Assembly (NCBI GenBank): GCA_963780375.1
Contig: CAWABV010000008.1
Coordinates: 539,619 to 603,618, forward strand
Direction: 5' to 3'
Length of the DNA: 64,000 bases
DNA from: an uncultured Chloroflexia bacterium
GTDB taxonomy: Bacteria > Chloroflexota > Limnocylindria > Limnocylindrales > CSP1-4
Both the position numbers and the translations under genes were made by a program. Shown piece by piece: positions 9,677-19,391 of this stretch; position 1 is the stretch's first letter, and each line of letters opens with the position of its first letter. The notes under the pieces are model-generated. The model worked only from the letters and a program-made list of their open reading frames with translations, ran no database searches and was not told the DNA's origin.

Positions 9677-10780
9677 TTGATCCCAAATCGATCCAGGCGG
9701 TTCGCCGCCCTGTTGGTCGTCGCTGGCATGGTCGCCGCGGCGTGCAGCAGTAACACGGGCGCCACGACGGCGCCAAGCGCATCGACGGAACCGTCGACTG
9801 CCCCGTCGGCCGAGGGATCGGCGTCCGCCAGCGCGGGAGCGGGCGGGGCGCTGTCGGTCACCTTCATCCCGAAGCAGATCAACAACCCATACTTCGACGC
9901 CGCGAAGGAAGGCGCCGACAAGGCCGCGACCGAGCTCGGTGGCACCGTCACCCAGGTCGGCCCGAGCGCGGCGACCGAGGCGCAGGCCTCGTTCATCCAG
10001 GACGAAACGACGAAGGGCGTGAGCGCGATCGCGATCTCGGCGAATGACCCGAACGCGGTCGTGCCGGCGCTGCAGGCAGCCAAGGCGGCCGGCATCAAGA
10101 TCGTCGGCTACGACTCGAGCCCGGCGGTCGGTGCCTACGACGTCTTCGTCAACCAGACCGACTTCAGCCTCATCGGCCAGGCGATGGCCGATTGGTCGTG
10201 CGACCTCGCGCCGAGTTGCACCGGCGAGATCGCCGTCCTGTCCGCTGCGGCCACTGCCGCCAACCAGAACACCTGGATCGAGAACATGAAGGGCGTCCTG
10301 GCAGGTGACAAGTACAAGGGCCTCAAGCTCGTTGACACCGTCTACGGCGATGACGACCCGCAGAAGAGCACGACCCAGGCGCAGGCGCTCCTGCAATCGC
10401 ACCCGGACCTCAAGGTCATCGTCGCCCCGACCACGGTCGGCATCCTGGCGGCCGCGCAGGTCGTCAGCCAGGCCGGCAAGTCGGCCGATATCAAGGTGAC
10501 CGGCCTGGGCTTCCCGAAGCAGATGGCGTCGTTCGTGAAGGACGAGACCGCACCGGAGTTCGGGCTGTGGAGCGTGCCGGACCTCGGCTATCTCACCTAC
10601 TACGTCGCCGACGCCCTCGTGAAGGGCACGATCACCGGTAAGGAGGGCGACAGCCTCACCGTCCCGAATCTCAACGGCGGGCAGCCGTACACGATCGGCA
10701 AGGACAGCACGATCGTCCTGGGCCCGCCACTGACCTTCAACAAGGACAACATCGATTCGCAGGATTGGGGCCCGTCCTGA
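9677..10780 (+). CDS. rhaS: rhamnose ABC transporter substrate-binding lipoprotein (periplasmic binding protein type I fold)
   Basis: TTG start 6 nt downstream of a strong GAGGAGGA RBS. Lipoprotein signal (VVAGMVAAACSS) with an Ala/Ser-rich linker, then an RbsB-like binding domain. Confidence 0.8.
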   Translation: MIPNRSRRFAALLVVAGMVAAACSSNTGATTAPSASTEPSTAPSAEGSASASAGAGGALSVTFIPKQINNPYFDAAKEGADKAATELGGTVTQVGPSAATEAQASFIQDETTKGVSAIAISANDPNAVVPALQAAKAAGIKIVGYDSSPAVGAYDVFVNQTDFSLIGQAMADWSCDLAPSCTGEIAVLSAAATAANQNTWIENMKGVLAGDKYKGLKLVDTVYGDDDPQKSTTQAQALLQSHPDLKVIVAPTTVGILAAAQVVSQAGKSADIKVTGLGFPKQMASFVKDETAPEFGLWSVPDLGYLTYYVADALVKGTITGKEGDSLTVPNLNGGQPYTIGKDSTIVLGPPLTFNKDNIDSQDWGPS

Positions 10781-10800
10781 TCGACGCCCGCTGACTGCGC

Positions 10801-10833
10801 GACGGGCCCCGCGGCTTCGGCTGGGGGCCCGTC
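10801..10833 (+). terminator. perfect 10-bp stem hairpin (gacgggcccc/ggggcccgtc, 13-nt loop) between rhaS and rhaM, a putative intrinsic terminator/attenuator without a U-tract
   Basis: Seen directly in the sequence. GC-rich hairpins without T-tails commonly act as terminators in high-GC actinobacteria. Confidence 0.3.
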
Positions 10834-10856
10834 AAGACCCTCAAGGCGAGGACCAG

Positions 10857-11171
10857 ATGGAGCGGATCGGCTTCTCGATGCGCCTGCTGCCGGGCAGCGA
10901 GGCGGAGTACCGACGACGGCACGCCGCCGTGTGGCCCGAACTGCTGGCCGACCTCCGGTCGGCCGGCGCCCGGAACTATTCGATCTTCCTGCGCGGTGAC
11001 GACCTGTTCGCCTACCTTGAGGTCGACGATTTCGCGGCGTTCACCGCGGCGATGGCCGAAAGCCAGGCCAACGCCCGCTGGCAGGAGGAGATGGCGGCCC
11101 TCATCGATCCGCTGACGGACCCGGCGACCGGATTCCATCGGCGACTCGACGAGGTCTTCCACCTCGGGTGA
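10857..11171 (+). CDS. rhaM: L-rhamnose mutarotase
   Basis: 104 aa: MERIGFSMRLLPGSEAEYRRRHAAVWPELL...NYSIFL, the canonical RhaM/YiiL signature. Confidence 0.85.
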   Translation: MERIGFSMRLLPGSEAEYRRRHAAVWPELLADLRSAGARNYSIFLRGDDLFAYLEVDDFAAFTAAMAESQANARWQEEMAALIDPLTDPATGFHRRLDEVFHLG

Positions 11172-11199
11172 GCGCGCTGGTCAGGACGGAGGTGACGGC

Positions 11200-12417
11200 A
11201 TGACCGAAGGCCGGACGGTCGGGGGGACGCGGGCCGCGTCGGAGCTCGACCGGATCCGCTGGGCGGTCGAGGACCTGGCCGTCGAGATCCCGTCATGGGG
11301 ATTCGTCAACACGGGCACGCGGTTCCGGGTTTTCCCGCAGACCGGCGTTCCGCGCGACGCCTTCGAGAAGGTCGAAGACGCCGCGACGGTCGCCCGGTAC
11401 ACCGGGATCGCCAAGACCGTGGCGCTTCACATCCCGTGGGACACCGTCGACGACTTCGCGGGACTTGCCGCGTTCGCGTCCGAGCGTGGCATCCGCATCG
11501 GCGGCATCAATTCGAACACGTTCCAGGACGAGGACTACAAGCTCGGCTCGCTGTGCCACCCGGATGGCCGCGTCAGGCGCAAGGCGATCGACGCGATCGT
11601 CCGCTGCTGTGAGATCGCTCGCGAGACGGGCTCCGACATCGTGAAGGTCTGGCTGTCGGACGGGACCAACTACCCAGGCCAGGACGACTTCCGGGCGAGG
11701 CGTCGACGGCTGATGGAGGCCCTGCGCGAGGTCTACGCGGCCTTGCCGGGCAGCGCACGAATGGTGCTCGAGTACAAGCTCTACGAGCCGGCGTTCTACC
11801 ACACCGATGTCCAGGACTGGGGCGGCTCACTGTCGATCTGCGAACACCTCGGCGAGCGGGCGCTCGTCTGCGTCGACACCGGCCATCACGCGATGGCCGT
11901 GAACATCGAGCAGATCGTCGCGATCCTGCTCCAGGAGGGCCGCCTCGGCGCCTTCGACCTGAACGACAAGAAATACGGCGACGACGATCTGATGGTCGGC
12001 AGCATCGACCCATACCAGCTCTTCCGGATCTTCCACGAGCTCGTCGGCGCGATGCGCGACGACGCCGATCCGGTCGCGCGTGGCACCGCGAACCGGGTCG
12101 TCTACATGCTCGACCAGTGCCACAACATCGAGCCGAAGATCCCGGCCATGATCCGCTCGGTCATGACGCTCCAGGAGACATTCGCCCGGGCACTGCTAGT
12201 GGACACGGTGGCCTTGAGGGTCGCGCAGGACGCCGGCGATGTGCTGGAGGCGAACCGATTGCTCCAGGACGCGTACCAGGTCGACGTCCGCCCGATGCTC
12301 GCCGAACTGCGTGGCGAGCGCGGTCTCCCGGAGGACCCGTACCGCGCCTACCTCGACAGCGGCGACCTCGAACGTCGCGCGGCGGAACGGGTCGGCGGCG
12401 TCGCAGCGAGCTGGTGA
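11200..12417 (+). CDS. rhaI: L-rhamnose isomerase (actinobacterial TIM-barrel type)
   Basis: 405 aa xylose-isomerase-like TIM barrel. IPSWGFVNTGTRF matches the Streptomyces-type RhaI. Confidence 0.85.
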   Translation: MTEGRTVGGTRAASELDRIRWAVEDLAVEIPSWGFVNTGTRFRVFPQTGVPRDAFEKVEDAATVARYTGIAKTVALHIPWDTVDDFAGLAAFASERGIRIGGINSNTFQDEDYKLGSLCHPDGRVRRKAIDAIVRCCEIARETGSDIVKVWLSDGTNYPGQDDFRARRRRLMEALREVYAALPGSARMVLEYKLYEPAFYHTDVQDWGGSLSICEHLGERALVCVDTGHHAMAVNIEQIVAILLQEGRLGAFDLNDKKYGDDDLMVGSIDPYQLFRIFHELVGAMRDDADPVARGTANRVVYMLDQCHNIEPKIPAMIRSVMTLQETFARALLVDTVALRVAQDAGDVLEANRLLQDAYQVDVRPMLAELRGERGLPEDPYRAYLDSGDLERRAAERVGGVAASW

Positions 12418-12420
12418 CGA

Positions 12421-13361
12421 TGGCAGTCGATCTGGTTAGCGTCCCGCGTGCCCTCGATGACCCGAGCTCCGTGCTGCACCGCCTCGCGGCGGCATATATC
12501 CCAGCGGGATCTGCCGTCGGCATATTCCGGGCTCACCACTTCCCGACGACGCCATGGCACCTGCATGACTTCTACGAGCTCGCGATCGTGGAGTCAGGGA
12601 CGGCCTTCCACCTCAGCGAGCGAGGGATCGAGCCGATCGAGCGGGGCTCGGTCCTGTTCCTACCCCCTGGAGTGGGCCACGAATACCGGCTCTGCTCGGA
12701 TGTCCAGGTCTACAACTGCCTGTTCCGGTCGGAGCTGGCCGAGGCCGAGTTGATGTGGGCATTCCGCGACGGGCACCTCGGCGCCCTGTTCGACCCGGCA
12801 CGAGGGGTTCGCGGTCACGCGGCCGGCCCGATCGTCCGCGTCCAGCTGCCAGATGCGGGGATCGAACGCGTCATCGATGCCCTCGAGCCCATCAACGCCA
12901 ACAGCCCTGACGCGCGCACGCGCGCCGGCCAGGTCGGGCGCCTGCTTGTCGCGCTCGATATCGTCGCGACCGCCGCCCACGATCCATCGGGTCGTGACGA
13001 ACCCGAGCGGGCGGTGCCGCCAGCGGTGTCCACGGCTCTTTCGTTGATCGAGGAGGACATCACCCACCCCTGGACGCTGACGGAATTGAGCCAGAGCGCG
13101 TACGTCGGCCCCACCCACCTCGCACGCACATTCGCGAAGGTCATGGGGCTCCCGCCGATGCACTATCTCTCGCGCATCCGAGCGGAACGGGCGGCGGCCA
13201 TGCTCGCCAAGACGGACGACCCGATCGCGACGATCGGCGCGTCGGTCGGATGGGCTGATCCTGCCTATTTCTCGCGCCGGTTCAGGTCGGAGTTCGGGAC
13301 GAGCCCGCGCGAGTACCGACATCGCCATCGCTCGGCACCTGCGAACAGCGCCGCCGACTGA
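12421..13361 (+). CDS. AraC-family transcriptional regulator (cupin sensor domain plus C-terminal HTH)
   Basis: ATG just after the rhaI stop. N-terminal cupin-like region (LHDFYELAIVESG, LFLPPGVGHEYR) and C-terminal AraC HTH (LTELSQSAYVGPTHLARTFAKVMGLPPMHYLSRIR). Confidence 0.75.
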
Positions 13362-13503
13362 TCATCGCCACCAGCGCAGGACCGTCCAAGAACAGGTCAA
13401 CAGCGGACAAGTCCGCGCGCTGATCCTCGGCCATCGTGACGCGACCGGCCCTCGCCTTCTGGCGCCCCGGCGAGTGGCCGGACCGGGTTACGAGGAGGCA
13501 CCC

Positions 13504-14868
13504 ATGCGCACTTGGGATCTGAAGCGAGGCTCGGTCCTCGTGCTGTTCGCCGCGCTGGCTGCGTCGGCGTGCAGCGGCGGCTTCGGCGGCGCGAGCGCCG
13601 CACCACCGTCGGCGAGTGCTCCCGCGTCGGAGGCACCCTCGGCGTCGGCGAGTGAAGCGGCGGAGCCGGTCACGTTGACGTATCTGGTGGACGACACGGA
13701 AGCGACACAGGCGCGCGCCCAGGCACTCGCCGATGCCTACACCGCGGCGCATCCGAATGTGACATTCGACATCGAGACTCGACCCGGCGGCACAGATGGC
13801 GACAACATCGTCAAGACGCGCCTATCGACCGGCGAGATGACCGACATCTTCTGGTACAACTCGGGCTCTCTGCTCCAGGCGCTGAACCCGTCCGAGACGC
13901 TCGTCGACCTCTCCGCCGAGCCATTCATCGCCAACATCAATGAGTCGTACCTGCCGACCGTGTCGCAGGGTGACGGGATCTTCGGTGTCCCGAGCGAGAC
14001 CGCGATGGGCGGAGGGATCCTGTACAACAAGAAGGTCTTCGCAGATAACGGGCTGCAGGTGCCCAAGTCGTGGGCCGAGTTCGCCGCCAACAACGACAAG
14101 CTCAAGGCCGCCGGCGTCGCTCCCATCGGGGCGACATATGCCGACACATGGACCTCACAGCTGTTCGTGCTGGCTGACTATTACAACGTGCAACAGGCCG
14201 TCCCCGACTTCGCCGAGCAGTACACCGCCAACAAGGCGCATTACTCCGACACGCCCGCGGCGATGGCGGGGTTCAAACACCTCGAGGAGGGCTTCAAGAA
14301 GGGCTGGTACCAGAAGGACTTCGGCGCAGCCAAGCTGGACGACGGCCTGAACGCACTCGCCGAAGGCAAGATCGCGCAGTACCCGATGCTGACCTTCACG
14401 CTCGGCACGATCAATGAGAACAACCCGGACGCGATCCAGGACATCGGCTTCTTCGGACAGCCCGGCGAAGACGCCTCCAAGAGCGGCGCCACGATCTGGA
14501 TGCCGGCGGCGACGTACATCGCCAAGTCGAGCCAGAACCAGGATGTGGCCAAGGACTTCCTCGGGTTCATCGCATCCGTCGAGGGCACCGAGGTCCTGAC
14601 CAAGGCCATCGCACCATCCGGGCCGTACGTCATCAACGGCTCGAAGCTGCCGGACGACGCACTCCCTGCCGTCAAGGACATCCAGACCTATCTCGAGGCG
14701 AACACGGCCGGGCCGGCGCTCGAGTTCCTGTCGCCGGTCAAGGGGCCCTCGCTAGAGAACATCACGGTCGCCGTGGGTTCCGGTCTGAACACGGCCGAGG
14801 AGGGTGCCAAGCTGTACGACCAGGACGTCGAGAAACAGGCCAAGCAGCTCGGTCTTCCGGGCTGGTAA
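13504..14868 (+). CDS. ABC transporter substrate-binding lipoprotein, solute-binding family 1 (likely rhamno-oligosaccharide/rhamnoside uptake)
   Basis: GAGGAGG RBS before the ATG. Lipoprotein signal LVLFAALAASACSGG, then a family-1 SBP fold. Confidence 0.8.
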   Translation: MRTWDLKRGSVLVLFAALAASACSGGFGGASAAPPSASAPASEAPSASASEAAEPVTLTYLVDDTEATQARAQALADAYTAAHPNVTFDIETRPGGTDGDNIVKTRLSTGEMTDIFWYNSGSLLQALNPSETLVDLSAEPFIANINESYLPTVSQGDGIFGVPSETAMGGGILYNKKVFADNGLQVPKSWAEFAANNDKLKAAGVAPIGATYADTWTSQLFVLADYYNVQQAVPDFAEQYTANKAHYSDTPAAMAGFKHLEEGFKKGWYQKDFGAAKLDDGLNALAEGKIAQYPMLTFTLGTINENNPDAIQDIGFFGQPGEDASKSGATIWMPAATYIAKSSQNQDVAKDFLGFIASVEGTEVLTKAIAPSGPYVINGSKLPDDALPAVKDIQTYLEANTAGPALEFLSPVKGPSLENITVAVGSGLNTAEEGAKLYDQDVEKQAKQLGLPGW

Positions 14869-14877
14869 GCATTCGGC

Positions 14878-15852
14878 GTGGGCGTACTCCGGACGGAGCA
14901 CGACCAGGGAGTCGATCCTCCGCGATCGGCTCCCAGCGCCATCCTTGACGCGCGGCGGTCGGACGATGTCGTCACCGGCCGCCGCCACCGGTCGGTTTCC
15001 GCCCTGAATGCCTATCCGTACTGGTTTTACCTCCCGGCGGGGATCGTGTTCGGCGTCATCTTCGTCGTCCCGACCCTGCTGTCCTTCTACTACAGCTTGA
15101 CCCGCTGGACCCTGTTCGACGCGACCTTCATCGGTCTCGACAACTTCGCCCAGTTCATGCGCGAGCCATCGCTCACGAACGGCCTGCGCAACACGTTCGT
15201 CTACGCGTTCGTGACGAGCGGTCTCAAAGTGGTCCTCGGCCTCTTGCTCGCCGTCCTCCTGACGTCGAGCATCCGGTCCCGGAACGCCCTCCGCGCGATC
15301 GTCTTCTTCCCCGTACTGGTCAGCACGGTCGCGGTCGGCATCACGTTCGCGGTGCTGATGCATCCGTCGCGCGGTCTCATCAACACGGCGCTCGCCGCCA
15401 TCGGCGTGGACGGCCCTTCATGGCTCATCGATCCGAACATCGCCTTGCTTTCCGTCGCGCTGGTCGACGTGTGGAAGGGCGTCGGGATCGCCCTCGTGAT
15501 CTTCATCGCGGGAATCCTCTCCATACCCGAGGAATACACCGACGCGGTCCGCCTCGAGGGTGGGCCATGGGTGCGGTTCCGGCACATCATCGTGCCGCTC
15601 AGTCGGAACGCGACGTTCACCGTGATCCTGCTGTCGTTCATCAGCGGCCTGCGCACGTTCGATCTGATCTGGACGATGACCCGCGGGGGACCCGGGTTCA
15701 CCACCGATGTCCTCACGTCGACCATCTACAAGCAGTACCAGGCAGGGTTCTACGGGCTGGCGACCGCCGGCAACGTGATCCTCTTCATCGCGGTCATGGT
15801 GCTGGTGTATCCGCTCCAGCGGTTCTTCTCCCGACGGGAGATCGAACTGTGA
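14878..15852 (+). CDS. carbohydrate ABC transporter permease (MalF/UgpA-like)
   Basis: Six TM segments with the EAA-type loop of BPD-transporter permeases. GTG start assumed because no in-frame ATG lies upstream of TM1. Confidence 0.75.
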   Translation: MGVLRTEHDQGVDPPRSAPSAILDARRSDDVVTGRRHRSVSALNAYPYWFYLPAGIVFGVIFVVPTLLSFYYSLTRWTLFDATFIGLDNFAQFMREPSLTNGLRNTFVYAFVTSGLKVVLGLLLAVLLTSSIRSRNALRAIVFFPVLVSTVAVGITFAVLMHPSRGLINTALAAIGVDGPSWLIDPNIALLSVALVDVWKGVGIALVIFIAGILSIPEEYTDAVRLEGGPWVRFRHIIVPLSRNATFTVILLSFISGLRTFDLIWTMTRGGPGFTTDVLTSTIYKQYQAGFYGLATAGNVILFIAVMVLVYPLQRFFSRREIEL

Positions 15853-16685
15853 GACTCGCTCGCTTCGCGCGGGGCTGGTGGCTCGACATCGTGTCGCTAC
15901 TGGTGGCGGGCATCGTGTTCGTGGTCCCGTTCATCTTCATCCTGTTCACGGCAGCGAAGGATCGCGCTACGGCATCCCGGCTGGAGTTCACGTCCCCGAC
16001 CGACTGGCAACTGATCCCGAACATCGTCGAAGTGATCGGCTTCCGGAACGATCTGATGGTCACCGCGCTCCGGAACAGCCTCATCCTCACCGTGCTGTCG
16101 GTCACGCTGATCGTCGTCTTCGCGGCGATGGTCGGATTCGTGCTCCAGCGCCGGCGGGATCGCCTCGGGTCGATCGTCAGCGCGCTGGTGCTGGCCGGGC
16201 TCATCATCCCGCCCGCTGTCGTCCCGACGATCTACGTCCTGCAGTCGATCGGCCTGTTCAAGACACTGATCGGGCTCACCTTCGTCGAGGTGGCGTTCCT
16301 GCTGCCGTTCTCGGTCCTGATCTTCCGGACCTTCGTCTCGAGCATCCCGCGCGAGCTCGACGAGGCTGCCATCATCGACGGCGCCACGCCACTGCGATTG
16401 TTCGTCCACGTGATCTTCCCGCTGCTGCGGCCCGCGGTGATCACCGTGATCGTCGTGGCTTCGGTCGCGATCTACAACGACTTCGTGAACCCGCTCTACT
16501 TCCTGCCCGGGAACGAGAACGCGACCGCCCAACTGACCCTCTTCGCGTTCCAGAGCCAGTTCAACACGCGCTGGAACCTGCTATTCGCGGATGTGCTGCT
16601 GATCACGATCCCGCCGTTGATCATGTTCGTCTTCTTCCAGCGTCAGATCGTGTCAGGGATGGCGGCTGGGGCCGTGAAGGGATGA
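15849..16685 (+). CDS. carbohydrate ABC transporter permease (MalG/UgpE-like)
   Basis: GTG start (VRLARFARGWWLDIVSLLVAGIVF) overlaps the preceding stop. MalG-like TM architecture. Confidence 0.8.
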   Translation: MRLARFARGWWLDIVSLLVAGIVFVVPFIFILFTAAKDRATASRLEFTSPTDWQLIPNIVEVIGFRNDLMVTALRNSLILTVLSVTLIVVFAAMVGFVLQRRRDRLGSIVSALVLAGLIIPPAVVPTIYVLQSIGLFKTLIGLTFVEVAFLLPFSVLIFRTFVSSIPRELDEAAIIDGATPLRLFVHVIFPLLRPAVITVIVVASVAIYNDFVNPLYFLPGNENATAQLTLFAFQSQFNTRWNLLFADVLLITIPPLIMFVFFQRQIVSGMAAGAVKG

Positions 16686-19381
16686 CCTTGAAGGTGCGGC
16701 GGCTGCGCTGTCAGGTGCCGGATGGCGTCCTCGCTATGGGTGATGGGCCAGTCCGGCTGTCATGGCGGCTGGAGGGTGACCGGGCGGACGTCATCCAGGA
16801 CGCCTACGAGATCGAAGTCGCAGCGGAGACGTCATTCGAATCGCCGCTGGCCGTGACCGGAGTCGTGGCCTCGGACGCCCAGCTCGCCGTCGTCGCGCCA
16901 GGCGGGCCACTGGAGAGTCGTGAGATCCGCCACTACCGCGTACGCGTCAGCGATGCCGGTGGCTGGTCCGGCTGGAGTGAAGCCCTGCGGGTCGAAGCCG
17001 GGTTGTTGCGTGCCGACGACTGGGTAGGGACGGCCATCACGCTGCCGGACGACCCGGGCAGCCGCGCGTCCGCGCCGGCACCGATGCTGCGCCGCGCATT
17101 CGAGATCGGAACGCCGATCAGTCGAGCTCGACTGCATGTGACGGCCCTCGGGCTGCACCAGGTGACCATCAACGGTGAACGGGTCTCTGTGGACCTGCTC
17201 GCGCCCGGCTGGACGGCCTACCGCCATCGGCTCGTTGCCGACACCTACGACGTGACGTTGCTTCTTCGGCCTGGACCGAACGTCATCGGCGCGGTCATCG
17301 GTGACGGCTGGTACCGGGGCCGGCTCGGCTGGCTGCCCAGCCGCGACCGCGGTCGATATGGCGACCAGGTCGGGCTCATCGCCCAGCTGGAGATCGAAGG
17401 CACGGACGGGAGCCAGATGGTCATCGCGACCGACCGCGACTGGCAGGCATCGACCGGCGAGGTCCGTTCTGCCGACCTCTATGACGGCTCCGAGATCGAC
17501 CTGCGCGAACATCGGCCCGGCTGGGACCAGCCGGGCTTCGACGGTCGCGCCTGGGTCGGCGCAGCCGAGGTGCCGTTCGACCTCGGACGCATCGAACCCC
17601 GGATGGCACCGCCGGTCCGGGTGGTCGCGACGTTGCCCGTCGAGGTCACGCGGCGTGGGGAAGGATGCTGGTCACTCGACGCCGGACAGAACATCGCCGG
17701 CTGGGTGCGGTTGACGGTTCGAGGCAAGCGGGATGACGGTATCGAGGTCCGCCATGCGGAGGTCCTCGAGCCCGACGGAGCGCTCCACACGCGCGCCCTA
17801 CGGTCGGCGCGGGCGACCGACACGTACATCCTCGCGGACGACCGAACGACGGTCCTGGAACCGACGTTCACGTTCCACGGATTCCGCTTCGCAGAAGTGG
17901 AGATGCCCGGCGAGCTCCTCGGCGCTGAGTTCGTTGCGATCAGCAGCGACACGCCAAGACGAGGCACGTTCGCCTGTTCCGACGCGACCCTCAGCCAGCT
18001 GCACGACAACGTCGTGTGGTCGCAGCGCGACAACTTCGTCTCCGTGCCGACGGATTGCCCGCAGCGCGACGAGCGGTTGGGCTGGACGGGAGACGCCCAG
18101 GCGTTCGCCGCGACCGCATCGACGCTCTTCGATGCCGAGTCGTTCTGGCGGAGCTGGTTGCGCGACCTCGCGCTCGAACAGGACCCCACGCTCGGTGTCT
18201 CGACGGTGGTGCCGGACGTCGTCATCGATGGCGAGCCGCGCTTCGGCCGAGCCGGCTGGGCTGACGCCGCGGCGATCGTGCCGTGGTCGGTGTATGAGGC
18301 GTGCGGCGACGTGAGCATCCTCGCGACCCAGCTCGAGAGCATGGCCGCATCGGTGGACGCCCTTGCGCGGCGACGCGGATCCGACGGCCTGCTTCCGCCG
18401 TCGATGCAGTTCGGCGACTGGCTCGATCCGGACGCTCCGTCGGATCGTCCCTGGGAATCCAAGGCGGACTCGACCTACATCGCCAACGCCTTCCTCGCCC
18501 ATAGCGCCCGCCTGACCGCTGATGCCGCGCGCCTCACCGGGGCGACGGCCCTCGAAGAACGCAGCAGGTCCCTTGCCGACGAGGTCGCGGTCGCGACGTG
18601 GACGCGCTGGAAGTCGCATGCCGTCACGACGCAGACCGGCTGCGCGATCGCCATCCAGCTCGGGGTCGCGCCCGAGGTCGACCGATCGAGCGTGGCGGCG
18701 ACCCTGGCGCGGCTCGTCCGCGACGCGGACGGGCGCGTGGCAACCGGCTTCCTCGGTACACCGCTGGTCCTGCCGGCCCTCGAGGCGTTCGGGCACATCG
18801 ATGAGTGCTATCTGATGCTCCTTCGTCGAGAGCACCCATCCTGGCTCTACCAGGTCGCGCAGGGAGCGACGACGGTCTGGGAGCGCTGGGACGCGATCCG
18901 CCCGGACGGCTCCATCCATCCGGGCACGATGGCGCCCCCGCCGAGCATGCGCGGCTCGGAGGGCGGCCACATGCTCTCGTTCAACCACTACGCCTACGGC
19001 GCCGTGATCGACTGGGTCTACCGCCACGTCGCCGGTCTGGCACCGGATCGGGATGCGCCGGGCTACCGGCACGTCATCGTCGCGCCCCGACCGTGTCTCG
19101 GCATGGACTGGGCGCGTGCCTCGGTGGAGTCCGCTTACGGGCCGGTCGCGACCGAGTGGCGTCTCGAGGCAGATGGACTGACCGTCGAGATCGATCTCCC
19201 CATCGGGACCACGGGTGCGTTCGTCGCACCCGTGACGGGCACCTCCACCGTGTCGCTCGACGGAAAGCCCGCCGAACGACACCTCGACCTCGGGCCGGGT
19301 CGGCACCGCCTCCTGGTGACCGACCCGGCCCTCGCCGATCCGTCGCGGGATCGAGCGGGCCGGGCGGCCGCCAGAGCCTGA
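16682..19381 (+). CDS. alpha-L-rhamnosidase, glycoside hydrolase family 78
   Basis: About 899 aa. ATG overlaps the permease stop. Bnr-like N-terminal domain, then the GH78 catalytic core (CPQRDERLGWTGDAQAF, WDAIRPDGS, FNHYAYGAV). The long 1167-aa ORF in the track is the same frame extended backwards through the permease. Confidence 0.85.
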   Translation: MTLKVRRLRCQVPDGVLAMGDGPVRLSWRLEGDRADVIQDAYEIEVAAETSFESPLAVTGVVASDAQLAVVAPGGPLESREIRHYRVRVSDAGGWSGWSEALRVEAGLLRADDWVGTAITLPDDPGSRASAPAPMLRRAFEIGTPISRARLHVTALGLHQVTINGERVSVDLLAPGWTAYRHRLVADTYDVTLLLRPGPNVIGAVIGDGWYRGRLGWLPSRDRGRYGDQVGLIAQLEIEGTDGSQMVIATDRDWQASTGEVRSADLYDGSEIDLREHRPGWDQPGFDGRAWVGAAEVPFDLGRIEPRMAPPVRVVATLPVEVTRRGEGCWSLDAGQNIAGWVRLTVRGKRDDGIEVRHAEVLEPDGALHTRALRSARATDTYILADDRTTVLEPTFTFHGFRFAEVEMPGELLGAEFVAISSDTPRRGTFACSDATLSQLHDNVVWSQRDNFVSVPTDCPQRDERLGWTGDAQAFAATASTLFDAESFWRSWLRDLALEQDPTLGVSTVVPDVVIDGEPRFGRAGWADAAAIVPWSVYEACGDVSILATQLESMAASVDALARRRGSDGLLPPSMQFGDWLDPDAPSDRPWESKADSTYIANAFLAHSARLTADAARLTGATALEERSRSLADEVAVATWTRWKSHAVTTQTGCAIAIQLGVAPEVDRSSVAATLARLVRDADGRVATGFLGTPLVLPALEAFGHIDECYLMLLRREHPSWLYQVAQGATTVWERWDAIRPDGSIHPGTMAPPPSMRGSEGGHMLSFNHYAYGAVIDWVYRHVAGLAPDRDAPGYRHVIVAPRPCLGMDWARASVESAYGPVATEWRLEADGLTVEIDLPIGTTGAFVAPVTGTSTVSLDGKPAERHLDLGPGRHRLLVTDPALADPSRDRAGRAAARA

Positions 19382-19391
19382 CGGGTGGGAC

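Noticed and set aside
15878-16681. N-terminal 268-aa extension of the GH78 ORF in the track (1167 aa total)
   Set aside because: This stretch is an alternative frame of the MalG-like permease gene. GH78 homology begins after the ATG at 16682, which overlaps the permease stop.
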